DNA of 63,278 bases, filler included, from Olpidium bornovanus S191 (lineage: Eukaryota > Fungi > Olpidiomycota): NCBI GenBank assembly GCA_017911155.1. It is 30 parts of 30 records of this genome, joined end to end, with 100 filler letters (N's around TTAATTAATTAA, not from the genome) between each part and the next. Parts side by side here need not be neighbours in the genome. Positions count along the whole stretch, not along the records: positions 33,979 to 36,141 come from JAEFCI010013501.1; positions 36,242 to 37,302 come from JAEFCI010000136.1; positions 37,403 to 38,841 come from JAEFCI010002219.1; positions 38,942 to 40,252 come from JAEFCI010012988.1; positions 40,353 to 42,159 come from JAEFCI010000856.1; positions 42,260 to 44,262 come from JAEFCI010003850.1; positions 44,363 to 45,708 come from JAEFCI010012030.1; positions 45,809 to 47,100 come from JAEFCI010009709.1; 22 more parts are not named here. One strand, given 5' to 3'. This document shows positions 33,979 to 46,319 of this stretch, piece by piece. The position numbers and the translations under genes were made by a program. How positions within the stretch are numbered: the first letter of the stretch is position 1; each line of letters starts with the position of its first letter. The notes below the pieces were generated by a model. It had not been told where the DNA came from. It did no database searches and saw only the letters and a list, made by a program, of their open reading frames with translations.

Positions 33979-36141
33979 AAGGGGACGAAGGGGAAAGAAG
34001 CTCCACATTCGACCGCGTGACCGACGGCGACCGCGACGCTACGGACAGGCGGCGATGAGCGATGCAAGATAACAAGAGAGAGAATTTCGCGCGCGCATGA
34101 TGCTCTGCCGCCAATCTTCCCGGAAAACAAAAGTTCCGCGAATTCACTCACCAGCGTCAGTATCATCGTCGGCAATAATGACGACTGCGGTCGTTGCAGT
34201 CGCAGTTCGGACACCAAGGTCTGCCTCCGCCGTAGCAGATGCTGCTTTTGCTTCACGCTCACGGATGCCGGCCGTGTAATAAACGTAAAACGGCAGTCTT
34301 TTCAAATTGTAGAACGAGACGACGCCCAGTATCGACACCAGCTTTCGAAATCGCACAAAAAGAACAATTCGCTTGTGTTAGCCTGGCCTGCAAACCCCCC
34401 CCCTTCCTTCCACCTGCTTCCTCGATACCGGCCGTCTGCGAAGAGATGTACCTAAAAAGATCGAGACGCAAAAAAGCGAGACACGCACTGTAGCGAACAA
34501 AAAGTAGTTGAAACCACTCCAGAGCTTCGCGTCGTCGGTCATGGTCCCATGGGAGAGGGCGGCTACGTTCACCACCATATCCGCAACGGCGGCCGCCACG
34601 CCAGCAGCTCCTGGGACACAGGCGGCGCCAGGGTTGAGGCCGGCGCGACGAAAACGCACGGAATACACGCACATCTCAATAGGTCTCTATATCAATTTGT
34701 AAAACTAAAGGCGCCGTGTGTGTGCGAGTGTGGAAGGTGCGAGCACAGACCTTGGCCGCTGCGATGCAGTGTACCGCGTGGGGTGGGGGTCAGCAGACAA
34801 AGTCCGACCGTCGGCGGGCGTTCGGCGTTTCCAGAGCCCGTTGCACACATCATCCCGAGCATCTCATAAAGTCAGGCCACTCCCTCCCAAATTACCGAGC
34901 ATCTCACAAAACCTCCTTCTTCTCCACCTCAAAGGTCCCTTCCCTTGACCTCCTCACAACGTCCTGAGCAGCTCACAAAACCATTCTTCCTCAAAACCTC
35001 AGCCCACTCCTCCTCCTCCCAACCTCCTGAGCATCTTGCGAAGTCCCTTTCCGCTCGACCTCCACGCCCCCCTCCCTCCGAACCTCCCCCAGCCCCTCAC
35101 AAGTTTACGAGAGAGCCGCATTTTCCCCCACACAGCCAGACGGGACGCACCTCATGATGGACGCGGTGTACTGGGCGGGAAACTGGGCGGCGATGCCGAA
35201 AATGGCGTTCTGCATCCAAGCGACGGAGGCGGCGCTCAGGACGACGAAGGCGAGCACGATGTAAAAGAAGGAGTCGGCGGTTCCGACCGCCACGCGGGCG
35301 GTCGTCGCGAGGAAGGCGAAAACCAAGACGTTTCCGAACATGCCAAACTGGACGTTGCGCCACATAGAAGCCTGAGTTGCGCGAGTTGCGGGCGGAAAAA
35401 AAAAGAAAAAAAAAGGTGAGGGTTGCAGGAAAGCGGGGTTGGGGGGGGGGGGGGGGGGGGGGAAGGGGGCCCGGGGGGGGGGGGGGGGGGCGGGGGGGGG
35501 GGGGGAGGGGGGGGGGGGGGGGGGGGGGGATGGGAGAAGGAGTCACGCGGGACCGAAGAGGAGACAGGAGAGGGTGTGAAGGTAGGGAGAGAGAACGAGA
35601 GAAAAAGAGATAAAGAGGGAGAGAAGAGAGCAGAGAGAGAACCAAGGACCTTCTTCTGAAACACTAGTGCCGGCAAAAGGCCGAGCAAATTGACGAGGGT
35701 TGAGGTGAAAGAGAAGTAGTTGAGGAAGTTGCCGGCATGGGCTCCGCCGCGAAACTTGAGCGAGAAGTAGGAAGTGGCCGTGATCAGCGCTGCGGCCGAG
35801 AAGCAAACGGGGAAAAGCCGCCCCGACAGAGGCAAAAGTGCCGGTCAACCTCCCGCACACGGGGCGTTGCGGCCTCAGTATTCTTTTTTTTTTTTTTTTT
35901 TTTGGTAAGCCCCGTCCTCGGCGTACCGTTCCAGGGCAGCAGCATGGAGACGCCGGCAACGAAGAAGACCAGGTGGACCAGGTTGCAGCGGTCGTCGGGC
36001 GGGGAGTGGTTGTGGTGGTGGCGGTAGTGGGGAAGACGGGCGTGGTGGTCCGGCGAGGGCGAGGGGGACGGCGAGGGCGAAGACGAGGACGGGGCGGCGG
36101 GGAAAGGGGCGGGGGGCCGGCCTGCCGATGGGAGAAGCAGG
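33979..36141 (-). CDS. Equilibrative nucleoside transporter (ENT/SLC29, FUN26-like), partial at both ends
   Basis: LVHLVFFVAGVSMLLPWN|ALITATSYF...; FFYIVLAFVVLSAASVAWMQNAIFGIAAQFPAQYTASIM|SGQG|AAGV. These are ENT TM1 and TM4-5 signatures across GT-AG introns. Confidence 0.9.
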
Positions 36142-36241
36142 NNNNNNNNNNNNNNNNNNNNNNNNNNNNNNNNNNNNNNNNNNNNTTAATTAATTAANNN
36201 NNNNNNNNNNNNNNNNNNNNNNNNNNNNNNNNNNNNNNNNN

Positions 36242-36898
36242 CATGCCGTCGTGGATTTCGTAATCTGCCCGGTGGGTTTGGGGGAGGGGAAGGGGGAATT
36301 GGTTTTAAATATTTGTTCTTAGCCGCCAAAATCAGTAACACGTAAAAGCAAAACAACCGCAAAAGGGGGGGGGGCCGTGGCGTCCGCGCCTTCGAAAAAA
36401 GGAACCACGACAAGTCTGAAGACGTACCTGCGAGCGTTATGTGGTTCTTGTAGATATTGTACCTGAGTTTCGAAGTAGAAAACCTCGGCGCGTGAGCGGG
36501 GCATTATTTTTTTTTTTCGCTGGAGAGTCCCTTATTTTTTACGTGCAAACGAAAACCGGGCGTGCTTTCGAGGAAGAAAGAACAAAAAAAGAGGGAAAGC
36601 ACGTAAAACGAAACGACGCACCACTTCTTGATCACGATTTTCTCCCACTTGGTGCCGGTCTGAGCGGCCACCAATTTCTTGAGGTCCTCTGTTCGTAAGC
36701 GTCGCGAATCGCGCGCCGCCGGATAGTCAGTTTTCTTTTTCGTTCCCCCCCCCCCTCCTATTTTCTCGCTCCCCGGGTGCTCTCCTCGCTCTCGACTCTC
36801 GCCTCCCGCCTTCTCTCTCTCTCTCATCTCTCTCTCTCATCTCTCTCATCTCTCTCTCTCATCTCTCTCTCTCATCTCTCTCTCCTCTCTCTCTCTCA

Positions 36899-36932
<34 letters not shown>

Positions 36933-37003
36933 GCTTTTCCTCCGCGCGCGCGCTCACCAACGGTGTCGTCCGGGTTGCACTTGACGCGGACCTTTTTCCC
37001 AAG

Positions 37004-37004
<1 letters not shown>
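36242..37004 (-). CDS. UBL5: Ubiquitin-like protein 5 (HUB1/UBL5); first exon not located and last codons missing
   Basis: Four exons give [57 protein letters not shown]. Confidence 0.96.
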
Positions 37005-37041
<37 letters not shown>

Positions 37042-37414
37042 GTAAGTTGCGGGGTGCGCGGGCCACACGACGCCCGGGCGCGGCGGCCGCGGGACAAACG
37101 CAAGACCGTCCTTCCTCGCGGGAGGGAGGAAGAAGGGAGGAGCGCCACAGCCCGGGCAGACCGCGCCCGTCCTATAGGAAACGCGCGAGCCTGCGGGGCG
37201 GGAGCGGGGATTGCCCGCTTCTCGAGGCACCTCTCTCTCGCCTCCGCCTCCTCGTCCTTCTCCGCCTTTCTCTTCTCTCCTCCGCCTCTCCTCTTCTGGT
37301 TCNNNNNNNNNNNNNNNNNNNNNNNNNNNNNNNNNNNNNNNNNNNNTTAATTAATTAANNNNNNNNNNNNNNNNNNNNNNNNNNNNNNNNNNNNNNNNNN
37401 NNATGAAAAATCTT

Positions 37415-37582
37415 TCAAATGGGGTTGTTCGAGGCCGCCTTCGCCCGCCGGGCCCTCTTGGCCTTGCTCTCCTTGGCCTCGCGCCTCTGCTTCTTCCGGT
37501 CCTTCTTTTTCAACGTGTCCATGTGCACTCGCACGATGATCCCGTACTCCTCCAGGAAGCGGGCCTCGTCGCGCGACGAAAC
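37415..37582 (-). CDS. SRP14: Signal recognition particle 14 kDa subunit, last exon
   Basis: VSSRDEARFLEEYGIIVRVHMDTLKKKDRKK matches the SRP14 C-terminal pattern (VSS.E..KF...Y..L.R..MD.LKKRDKK). Upstream exons were not identified. Confidence 0.8.
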   Translation of the reverse strand, partial: VSSRDEARFLEEYGIIVRVHMDTLKKKDRKKQRREAKESKAKRARRAKAASNNPI

Positions 37583-38941
37583 CTGGCGCGCACGAAAGAA
37601 CGCGAAGAGGGGCCGGGGGGGGGGGGGGGGGGGGGGCGCGCGCGGGGGGGGGGGGGGGGCGGGCGGGCGGGCGGGGGCGACGCGGAGGAGGATGAGGAGC
37701 AGGGCGGGCGCGGGGGGAAAAAGGACGCGGAGAGGGGGGGCAGGAGCCGCGCGGGGAAAGCGGCGAAAACGGAAAACGGAAAAAGAGGACGGAAAAGTGG
37801 GGGGGTACGGGGTCGGGGAAATGCCCGCGTGGGGCTGTGTCATTCCCCCTTTTCCCCTAGTCACTTCCACCCGAATACCCCGCGAAAACCGGGGCATACA
37901 TACTTTCTCAACTCGGCTCCCGCCGGTTGGCATTCAACTCGCCCGGTCCTCGCCTCATCCCGGATTGACTAAGGGCACCCGGGAAACTGAGATCAATCAT
38001 CAAGCGGAAGTGGATTTCACCGCCGTTGGCGGAGTCGCTCCCAACTGAGACTGTTCACATTTTTACGCCCAGGCGCCGTTCTTGACCGTGGGGGTTGGGA
38101 CTCCATAGACAATCTGATCTGGGCAGCAGGCGCAATCCAGAAGACAAAGACAAAAAAAACAACCAGAAAGTGACGCACCCGTTGCGTAAGCAAAAAAAAA
38201 GATTTTTTTGGAACTTGGTATGGCCGCAGCAACAACACGGACAACCCGATTTGGGCATTGCCGGGGAGTTGCTGCCGTGCGGCGGCCGCAGGCTGCGGAA
38301 AACCGTGTGATGTTTTTTTGTGGCGCCGCCGGTACAAACGCGCAAGCAGCGCGCGTAAAAAGGTGCGGAGGCAGATTGGCGGAAAGCCAGGAAGCCAAGA
38401 TGGGCGGGAGACTCTATGAGTTTGGGCTGTGTTTCCCCCGTTCGCGAAATCGTCCTATAACATCCCCCGTTGCCCGGTCTGATGAATTTCGCGCGCTGCT
38501 CGGTGGAAGTTGAAGTTGACACGGGTGGTTTAGGGGTGCCTCCTGCCGGCACGTGAATCCGACTTCTGTGGGCAGGTGAAAGCAGATGCGAAATGGCAAA
38601 AGTGTGCGGAGTGTGTAGCTTTTGGCACCGTTGCGCGCGTGCGCGTTGGCGGATGAAGCAGCAAAACCACTGGCCCCCCACCCCCCCCCCTCCCCCCCTT
38701 GTCCGAGCACGCGGTTCGCTCACCCTGCACACGCTGAATCAAAACGAAAAGTCGACAGGGAAAACTTCGGCTGCTACTAGTGAAAACGGCTCTAAGCCGT
38801 TCGTTCTAACGCGCCGTCCTCTCTTTTCTACGCACGACATGNNNNNNNNNNNNNNNNNNNNNNNNNNNNNNNNNNNNNNNNNNNNTTAATTAATTAANNN
38901 NNNNNNNNNNNNNNNNNNNNNNNNNNNNNNNNNNNNNNNNN

Positions 38942-39488
38942 ATACGAGCTCCTTGCACTTCTGGAGCTTCTCCGGATCGGCCGACCTTACGTCGAGGGCC
39001 GACCGTTCACCGCCAAAACAGACCATCAAGCTCTGAAGTGGCTCCAGACCCAGCCGCAGCTCTCCAGGCGGCAGGCCGCCTGGATTGAGTGCCTCCAGAA
39101 GTTTGACATGGCAATCGAGTACCTGCCGGGGCGTCAGAACCGGCTCGTCGACATCCTGTCTTGGCGCCCGGACTACGCCCCCAACTGCCCCAAGTGTGAC
39201 GCGCGGGCAGTGGCGGCCGCGGCCTTTACGACCAGCCGCCCTGCCTTCCTCGACCGCGTCGCTGCCGCCTCGGACGACACCTCCCGCGCCGCGCTTGCGA
39301 CCGTGCGCGGTACGGGGGGAGAGGGCGATGGCGAGTACTCACTCGACCGCACAGGCCGCCTTCTTTACCAGGGGCGCCTGTATGTACCGGATGATGGATC
39401 GCTTCGTTTTGAGGTAATCCAGACGGTACATGACCCGATCCTCACCGGCGTGACCCGTACCTTAGAGGCCCTTCGACAACAATATGAC
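38942..39488 (+). mobile_element. Ty3/gypsy pol fragment (RNase H end to integrase zinc-binding start)
   Basis: YELLAL...TDHQALKWLQTQPQLSRRQAAWIECLQKFDMAIEYLPGRQN...LYVPDDGSLRFEVIQTVHD, cut at a copia LTR. Confidence 0.92.
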
Positions 39489-40252
39489 TGTGCAGTTTTA
39501 TGCGCCTAGTTTTCTTTTATTATTTTATTCGGGGTGTGGAAAAAAGGAAGGCGTTGTTCTCGTTCGGGGGTTTTCTTCCTTTTAATGCGCTCGTAACTAG
39601 CGTATTCTACGACACCCCTCCTCAAGCGCACATGGTAACAGGTGAAAGGAAAAGGGAAAGAAAAAAAAAAGTATGCGATCTCCGCCTTCGCAGATCCCGC
39701 GTGCCTTTCCATGACGTTAACTGGTGCCCGTCTTGATGTCTTGTGCCGAGGGCGAAGGTTGGACACAGATTGCGTCGCGGAACTTGGAAAACGCGGGTGC
39801 TGGGAGACCTTTCGTCATTCCGTTAGCGAGGTTTTCAGTGGTTGGAACCGGGAGGACGTCGACCTTTCCGTCGGTCACGCATTCGCGAACGTAGAAAGGC
39901 CGGAGGTTGATATGTTTAGACCGTTTTGAAGTGCGGCGCGGGTCGGACGCCAGCTCGATTGCGCCACGATTGTCAATGTGAAGTTTGGTCACTGTTCGGT
40001 CGCCCGTGATGGTATTGTAGATTTTTCGCAGCCAGCTAATCTCTTTGCACGCCTCTGTAGCTGTGATGAGTTCAGCTTCGGTACTGGAGAGCGCGACACA
40101 GGTTTGGCGTCCACTGCACCAATCGATTACAGCCGTGCCGTAGCGGATTATGTATCCCGAGATGCTCTTTTTGTCGGTCACAGCACATCCCCAGTCTGAG
40201 TCGCTATACGCGTCGAGCTGGACAGATTTGTCGTTCTGGGGGTAGAAAAGGC
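39489..40252 (-). mobile_element. Ty1/copia 3' end: RNase H, PPT and a 3' LTR of about 126 bp
   Basis: YSDSDWG...SISGY...VALSSTEAE...IDNRGAIELA...SKHINLR...ENLANGMTKGL. PPT GAGGAGGGG at 39623-39615, then LTR TGTCG (39614) to GCACA (39489, end inferred). Confidence 0.9.
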
Positions 40253-41412
40253 NNNNNNNNNNNNNNNNNNNNNNNNNNNNNNNNNNNNNNNNNNNNTTAA
40301 TTAATTAANNNNNNNNNNNNNNNNNNNNNNNNNNNNNNNNNNNNNNNNNNNNCATGTATTATTGCATTATATAATGTAATAAAATGAACCAAGGCAGGAG
40401 GGTTTTCGGGAGCAGACGCGACGGGCTTCCCGCGAGCACGGCTGGTAAGAAACCCACCCTTCCAGCGCGCAAACTTGGAACCGGGCCGGCAAAGCGACGG
40501 GAGTTTTTTTTTCGAACGGGCGCCGCACTTTGGAAAACCGCCGACGCGGCTGAGTGGTCGCCCGCCGCCGCCGGAGGCGCCGCTGCGCGGGCGACAGAGA
40601 CTCGCTGCTGGATCGGTTGATGCTCGTCACCGAAATACTTTTTGGAAAACTAAAAAAAAAAAAAAAAAAAAAATAAAAATAAAAAAAAGAAGCTGCCGTA
40701 CCTATAGACCCCGAACATCACGAACCTTGATCCCGAGATAGGCTTAATTTCTTTCAGACATTGTTTCCCAGATAACATCGGTGGTGGCGTACGACAATAA
40801 AGAACTTCGTTACAAAGACCCGATTTCGCGTGTATTTCTTCCTTATTGAGTAGCTGGTTTTAAGTTTTGCCCCAATGTTTGCAATACATCCGCAAGGTAG
40901 TTTTCCTCTCGATTGCCCAGCGATACGATAACCTATAGGATCTAATAATTGTTCAACTTAACGCCCTGCGCCGGTTTTGAGGAACATGGTTGTGGAAGTG
41001 CGAGTTTTCCCAATGACAGCTGGATGCCAGGGACTGTTGCCCGATGTCGTTCACTTCACACATCTCTTTTGCAAAGAACGCCACCCGGCTGCACCATTGG
41101 CGACTAGCTCCACATGGACGCCAGTGGCAGTCCCAGCGTAATTGCAACGGCCTCACGGAATGAAGGACGGAAGGTAGGCACGTGGCAGGATGCGGGCGCA
41201 GAAAGGCGGCGATGGTTCTGACGGAGTTCCTGCCTCGTCTTGCGGGTTCCCGGTGTTGATCACGTGCGTATGCAGTCCTGCTCGTTTGGCTCCGCACTTC
41301 ACGTGACCAGGCACACACCGCAACGGTAAATATTCCCTCAGGTTTCCTTGGCCCCCCATCTCCTCAAAGGGGAACACCAGCACGAAACGCCGGGCTAACC
41401 GAGAGAGTGACC

Positions 41413-42043
41413 ATGGCGCGGCTCAACCTTGGGACGTTCGGGGCGGACCTGGAAGCAGCGAGGAGGCGCGTGCTCGACGGTGATCCGGGCGCCCAGTGGG
41501 CTCTCTTCGTGGTCGACAAGGACTCTAACCTCCGGGTGCAGGAGGTCAGCGGTGAGTCGCAACGACGAAAGGGTCGTGCAAAGGGAGGGATAGTGGGCGG
41601 AGGGTGGTCTGAGACATCGTGCGCTCCACTTGCGGTCGTGGACCGCCGGCGCGGGCGGAGGGTGGGCTGAGGCAGCGTACGCCCGCCTGCGGTAGCTCGA
41701 CTGCCGGCGTGGGGCCGCGGGCGGCCGAGACATCGCGCGCCCCGCATACGACTAGACCACCCGCGCGCCGTTCGGGCCGCCGCGTACCTTTAATTCTCGT
41801 AGGATACGCCCATCGCAACGTGGCGCCATCTGTTTTGCCAAACCGCACGCGGACCCCGTCTTTGCCGCGGTACCGCGAGCCAAGGGATGGCCACGACGTG
41901 TGACTCACATCTTGGCGCACTTCACTGCAGGCGGTACCCTGGAAGACCTCGAAGAGGAGTTCGACAGCGGCAAAATCCAGTATGCGTACGCCCGCGTCAA
42001 CGACCCGAACTCGGGGCTGACGAAGTTCGTCGCTGTCTCATGG
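41413..42043 (+). CDS. ABP1: Actin-binding protein Abp1/drebrin (ADF-H domain), 5' exons
   Basis: Exons 41413-41551 and 41931-42043: MARLNLGTFGADL...GDPGAQWALF...LRVQEVSGGTLEDLEEEFDSGKIQYAYARVNDPNSGLTKFVAVSW. Confidence 0.88.
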
Positions 42044-42259
42044 GTATAGTCAGCTTGTTTGACGTTTTAAAGTCTAGTCTGTCTGCGTCATTCCCAGCCG
42101 AGATCGTGACATCGCGCCGCGTCGCCATGAATTTGTAACGCCACTTTAAAATTGCCGCGNNNNNNNNNNNNNNNNNNNNNNNNNNNNNNNNNNNNNNNNN
42201 NNNTTAATTAATTAANNNNNNNNNNNNNNNNNNNNNNNNNNNNNNNNNNNNNNNNNNNN

Positions 42260-43398
42260 TATGGTGCCGTGCGAGGAGCTGGCCGCCAAAGTTCACCAGC
42301 AAAACGGACTTGGAGAACTCGGTGGGGGGAACGCCGATGAATTCCAGGACATCGTTTTTAGTCCATTCAGGCTTTGCATGACGGCAGACTAGCGGCGTTT
42401 CAAAAACCTGCCTCCTAGGTGGCAGAATCGACGCATCAGCCCCGCCTGACAACAGGTTACCCTGCGGGAGGACGTTCCCGCCGTCGAACGTCGGTATCAA
42501 CCCCGGTGCGTGTCCCGGCAGGCAGATCAGCGCATTGGCTGAGCAGTAGTCTGCCTTCACCGTCCGAACGCACGCTTCTATTGTTGAATCTAGGGAATCG
42601 TCCGCAGCGTTGGACGTGGGACATTTGGAATGGATTCCTTCGTACTTGTTTGAAAAACGAAAAGGCGGTTTAGCGCCTGCCGGCTGTCCGAAGAAGGAAA
42701 ATGAAAGCCGTGCTTACCACCGCGTCAAAAGTGAAGTTGGTGATGACGATGACGGGCAACCCTGCTATGCTCGCAGCCGCGCTGTACGAAGTGCAGATAA
42801 ATTTAGACAAAGGCCGCACCCAACCGGCAATTACCGTCCTCGCCTTGAAGGAGATTCTCCGTACCAAGGGAGAAACGGTGCGTCGACAGCAACAGCCTGC
42901 GCACCGACGCTTCGCAGCCAGTCAACCTCCCGGGCGAGGTATGCGTCGCGCTCGGTCAGAAATTGTTGCAGCTCAGCGACGGTTGCCTCCCGGTCCACGA
43001 CGTACGGCTTGGGCTGGACGACGGCGGGTTCTACGCACACGTTCCGGTGATACCACCGCGGGTTCGGCGACGTCTCGTCGGGGTACTCGCGTAGTTCCGC
43101 GTGGAAAATAAATTTCGGCGCGAGCGACACGACGTGAACGGTGTGGCGCTCGTCGGCGGGGAGACCGAGGATGGCGGAGATGACTTTGCAGGCGCGGGTC
43201 GCGTGGCCATAGCCTGCAGGAGATCGTGGACAGTGATCCCCGCCGCAACCGGAACAGATTGAATCTCAGGCGTGCGGGCGGACGAACATTTTGCATTTCG
43301 CGGGGCCCAGGGCTGCGCGACACCCGCCGCGGTCGGCGCGGCCTTCAGAACCTTTCTCAATACGCACCATGGCCGGACACATAGTAACAGACGATCAT
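42260..43398 (-). CDS. GT-B fold protein similar to the N-terminal domain of L-arabinokinase, 3' truncated
   Basis: Exon 43398-43368 plus the exon from 43213 give MIVCYYVSGHGYGHATR...VVQPKPYVVDRE...REVDWLRSVGAQAVAVDAPFL. Later segments: ITNFTFD, LICLPG, LLVNFGGQ. Confidence 0.82.
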
Positions 43399-44499
43399 CC
43401 GCTTCCCCCGCGTGGTGCGGGAACACGGGGTGCAAAGCGCCTTTGCAGCCGGATGTCCCGCGGCGTGGCCTGCACGCGGACGTGCGCGGAGGCGGGCAGA
43501 ACAGCCGGACGGGCGGACTGATAGAGGCAGGCAGCAGGTGCGGGTGCCACGTGGTTCGACCAGGGGAGGTCAGAGCCGCAAAGGCAGGGCGGACGGCAGC
43601 TATTTCCCGTCGCTGGGTTTCCGCGACAGAGGGGCGGAGAGCGCGCTCGTTGTGCTGGCGGGGAACGAGAGAGCGGGGAAGCGGGGGTGGGGAGAACCCA
43701 GGCTGGGAGGTTGGTGAAGCGGGAAAGAGGATCTCACAAGCCCCATGCGGCCTGCTCGCCCTGGAATTGATGCCGGAGCGCCTGCACACGGCTTGCACCC
43801 TCTCTCGCTCACTCGCTCTCCGAAGATGTCATCCGCCGTCGCTCCCAGCGTGCTCCCGCCGGGTGCCCTCGTTCTTCAGGAAAAAAAAAAAGCGTGGCCA
43901 GGCTCTCTCCCTGACCGTCGATTTTCCACGGATGCATGTACCCCATGTCTCTCTCTTCCCCCCCCCCCTTTCTGTTGATTTTTGCAGGCGGGAAGGAAGG
44001 AGACGGACGCGAAGTACGCAGCAAACCCATGAGAAGGAGACGAAAAGAAAGCTTTGACGGCGTAGCTGGGCTATCCACTCTAAGCCTTTAGCGGTCAAAC
44101 CTTTTAGGAATTCTACGGGGTTCGACAGGGGTTGGAGTGCCCATGTACGTCCGTTGCTCAGCCTCCCACTTTTGTCAAATCCTGGGTCGAAAGGAGCTCA
44201 AAGAGCTTTTGCTATTCCGCCATTCTACTTGGCTTTTTATAGAGAGAGCGTTTCAGGGGTGANNNNNNNNNNNNNNNNNNNNNNNNNNNNNNNNNNNNNN
44301 NNNNNNTTAATTAATTAANNNNNNNNNNNNNNNNNNNNNNNNNNNNNNNNNNNNNNNNNNNNCCAAACCCGGATCAGCGCCTTCGGATTGCCCGACATTT
44401 GCAACGTGGCGAACTTGGGGGAGGGGGGGGGGGTGGTATCTCGTCCGCCAAAATCAAAGGCGCGACGGAAAGGACCACCGGTCGGCTTCCTTTCCGAAC

Positions 44500-44960
44500 C
44501 TGATAACGCGCGGGGGATTGCAGCGCGGTCGGGAGCAAAACCCGACAACGCGGCATTGGGCAAATGGCGAAACGGGTTAATGCGCTACCTCAAAGGAACG
44601 GCGAAATGCCTCGGAATTCGCTATGACGGGCCAGGGGAATCCGACGAAGCCGAAATGTGCAGCGACTAGGATTGGGGCAGGGGTGTAGCGAGACCCGCGA
44701 CGTCGGCCATCGAAAATTCCGTGGCCGCGTATAACAGAGGATTGATCTCTTGGCAATTCTGCTCGACAAAGATGCGCGGCCACATCGTCATGCCAGGCTG
44801 AGCTCGTCGCCGGCTCCGCAGCGGTGCAGGAAATAAATGAAATTTGCTGAGAGGCCACTCCTCGGCAGCACCGGCCCGGGCGTCATCAAAAAGACCATCG
44901 CCCTTCTGTATCGATAACAATGCGCTTGCCAGCGCACGACTCGACCAAAACAAAGCGCGT
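44500..44960 (+). pseudogene. Highly degraded copia RT-end / RNase H remnant
   Basis: MRYLKGTAKCLGIRY...CSD*DWG and a downstream PFCIDNNA. Confidence 0.6.
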
Positions 44961-45562
44961 TGCAGCTGTCGAAAAATCGGCGCAGCAACCGCTGCTCGTC
45001 TGTGGACAGCTCGTGGTCTCGATGATCTCGTCGATTTGAAATCTGGATGGCCAGGGCTGCCGCAAGTCTAGAAATGACGTGAACGGCCCCGGATGATAGT
45101 CGTTCGGGCGTCATCGACCGCTCACATGACCCATGCTGTTTACGTCGCCTAAACTCTGATCGTGTAAAGCCATTGAGCTTTGAACATCAATTTTGTTTGT
45201 TTTTCTGTTTTTTTTTGGTCTTCGAGATCATCCGATGTTTGAATTACCGTTATAACCGAAGAAGAGTAAGACACTGAAGCCCACTCGGCGACTTTCATTT
45301 TCCCGGCTAAAAATCTCGCGTTTCACATATATTGCGTTGATTGGGATGGCACACAAGCATCAGGGGATGTAACGTTTGCTTCCTTCAAGGACACCTAGCC
45401 TCATCGCACTACGCATCACTAAAACCTCCCGCAATGACCGAACACGGCACGTCGCCCACATCTACCAGCCCATCTTACATCGAAAGCCCATCTTACATCG
45501 AACCGCACGCCAAAATGTTTCGTCACACGTGATTTTTTTGTTCCCCCCCCCCCAACCCCGCT

Positions 45563-45708
45563 TTATCTGTCTGCCAGGAGGCCAACGACGGCATTGTAGT
45601 AGTCCGGCTCGACATATTTTTGGAGCTCATCCTTTGTGACCCAGGCGTGGTCCACAAGCTCTTTATCGTTGAGCTCCACTCTGCCGCTGAAGATATGGGC
45701 CTTCATGA
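45563..45708 (-). CDS. MRPL46: Mitochondrial ribosomal protein mL46 (MRPL46 / yeast MrpL17), C-terminal part
   Basis: MKAHIFSGRVELNDKELVDHAWVTKDELQKYVEPDYYNAVVGLL resembles the mL46 Nudix-like C-terminus (FFMKA...G......D.AW.TK.EL..Y). Confidence 0.75.
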
Positions 45709-46319
45709 NNNNNNNNNNNNNNNNNNNNNNNNNNNNNNNNNNNNNNNNNNNNTTAATTAATTAANNNNNNNNNNNNNNNNNNNNNNNNNNNNNNNNNNNN
45801 NNNNNNNNCCGGCAATTTCCTTTGATTTATATCCACGCCCGCGGTCACGGCCCGCAAAGGAAAGTACCTGTTATCGGCTGGAAGGTAGGGTTTTCCGCGT
45901 GATTAGCAAAAGTCGAGAACGAGACATGAGATAGCAAGCTTGTCATAAACCGAGTCTGCATGGTCTGGCAGATGCTGATCCATAAGAATATATGGGGCGT
46001 AAGTGCGAAACTCAGTTGCTCCATACGACGCCGAAACTAAGTTGCTACATACGACACCGCTGTTTGTGAGTGCGAAGATCACAGTAAACTTGGGAAGGTG
46101 CTGCTTATGGCTTTTCTCAACGACAGAGATGTCACAGTACTTGCTAGTGCAAGCGATCAGGTTTGGGGTGAAGTGAATACTATCAGTACTATTTTTGCGT
46201 TGTTTTCCGGGTGATGCATTTTCAGCATCCTGGGATTAAATCTGGAGCCCTCGTCGAGTATTATAAGCGTGCTGAGTTTCAAAATTTTACACTTTGAACT
46301 CATTCCCTGTGTCGTGTTG

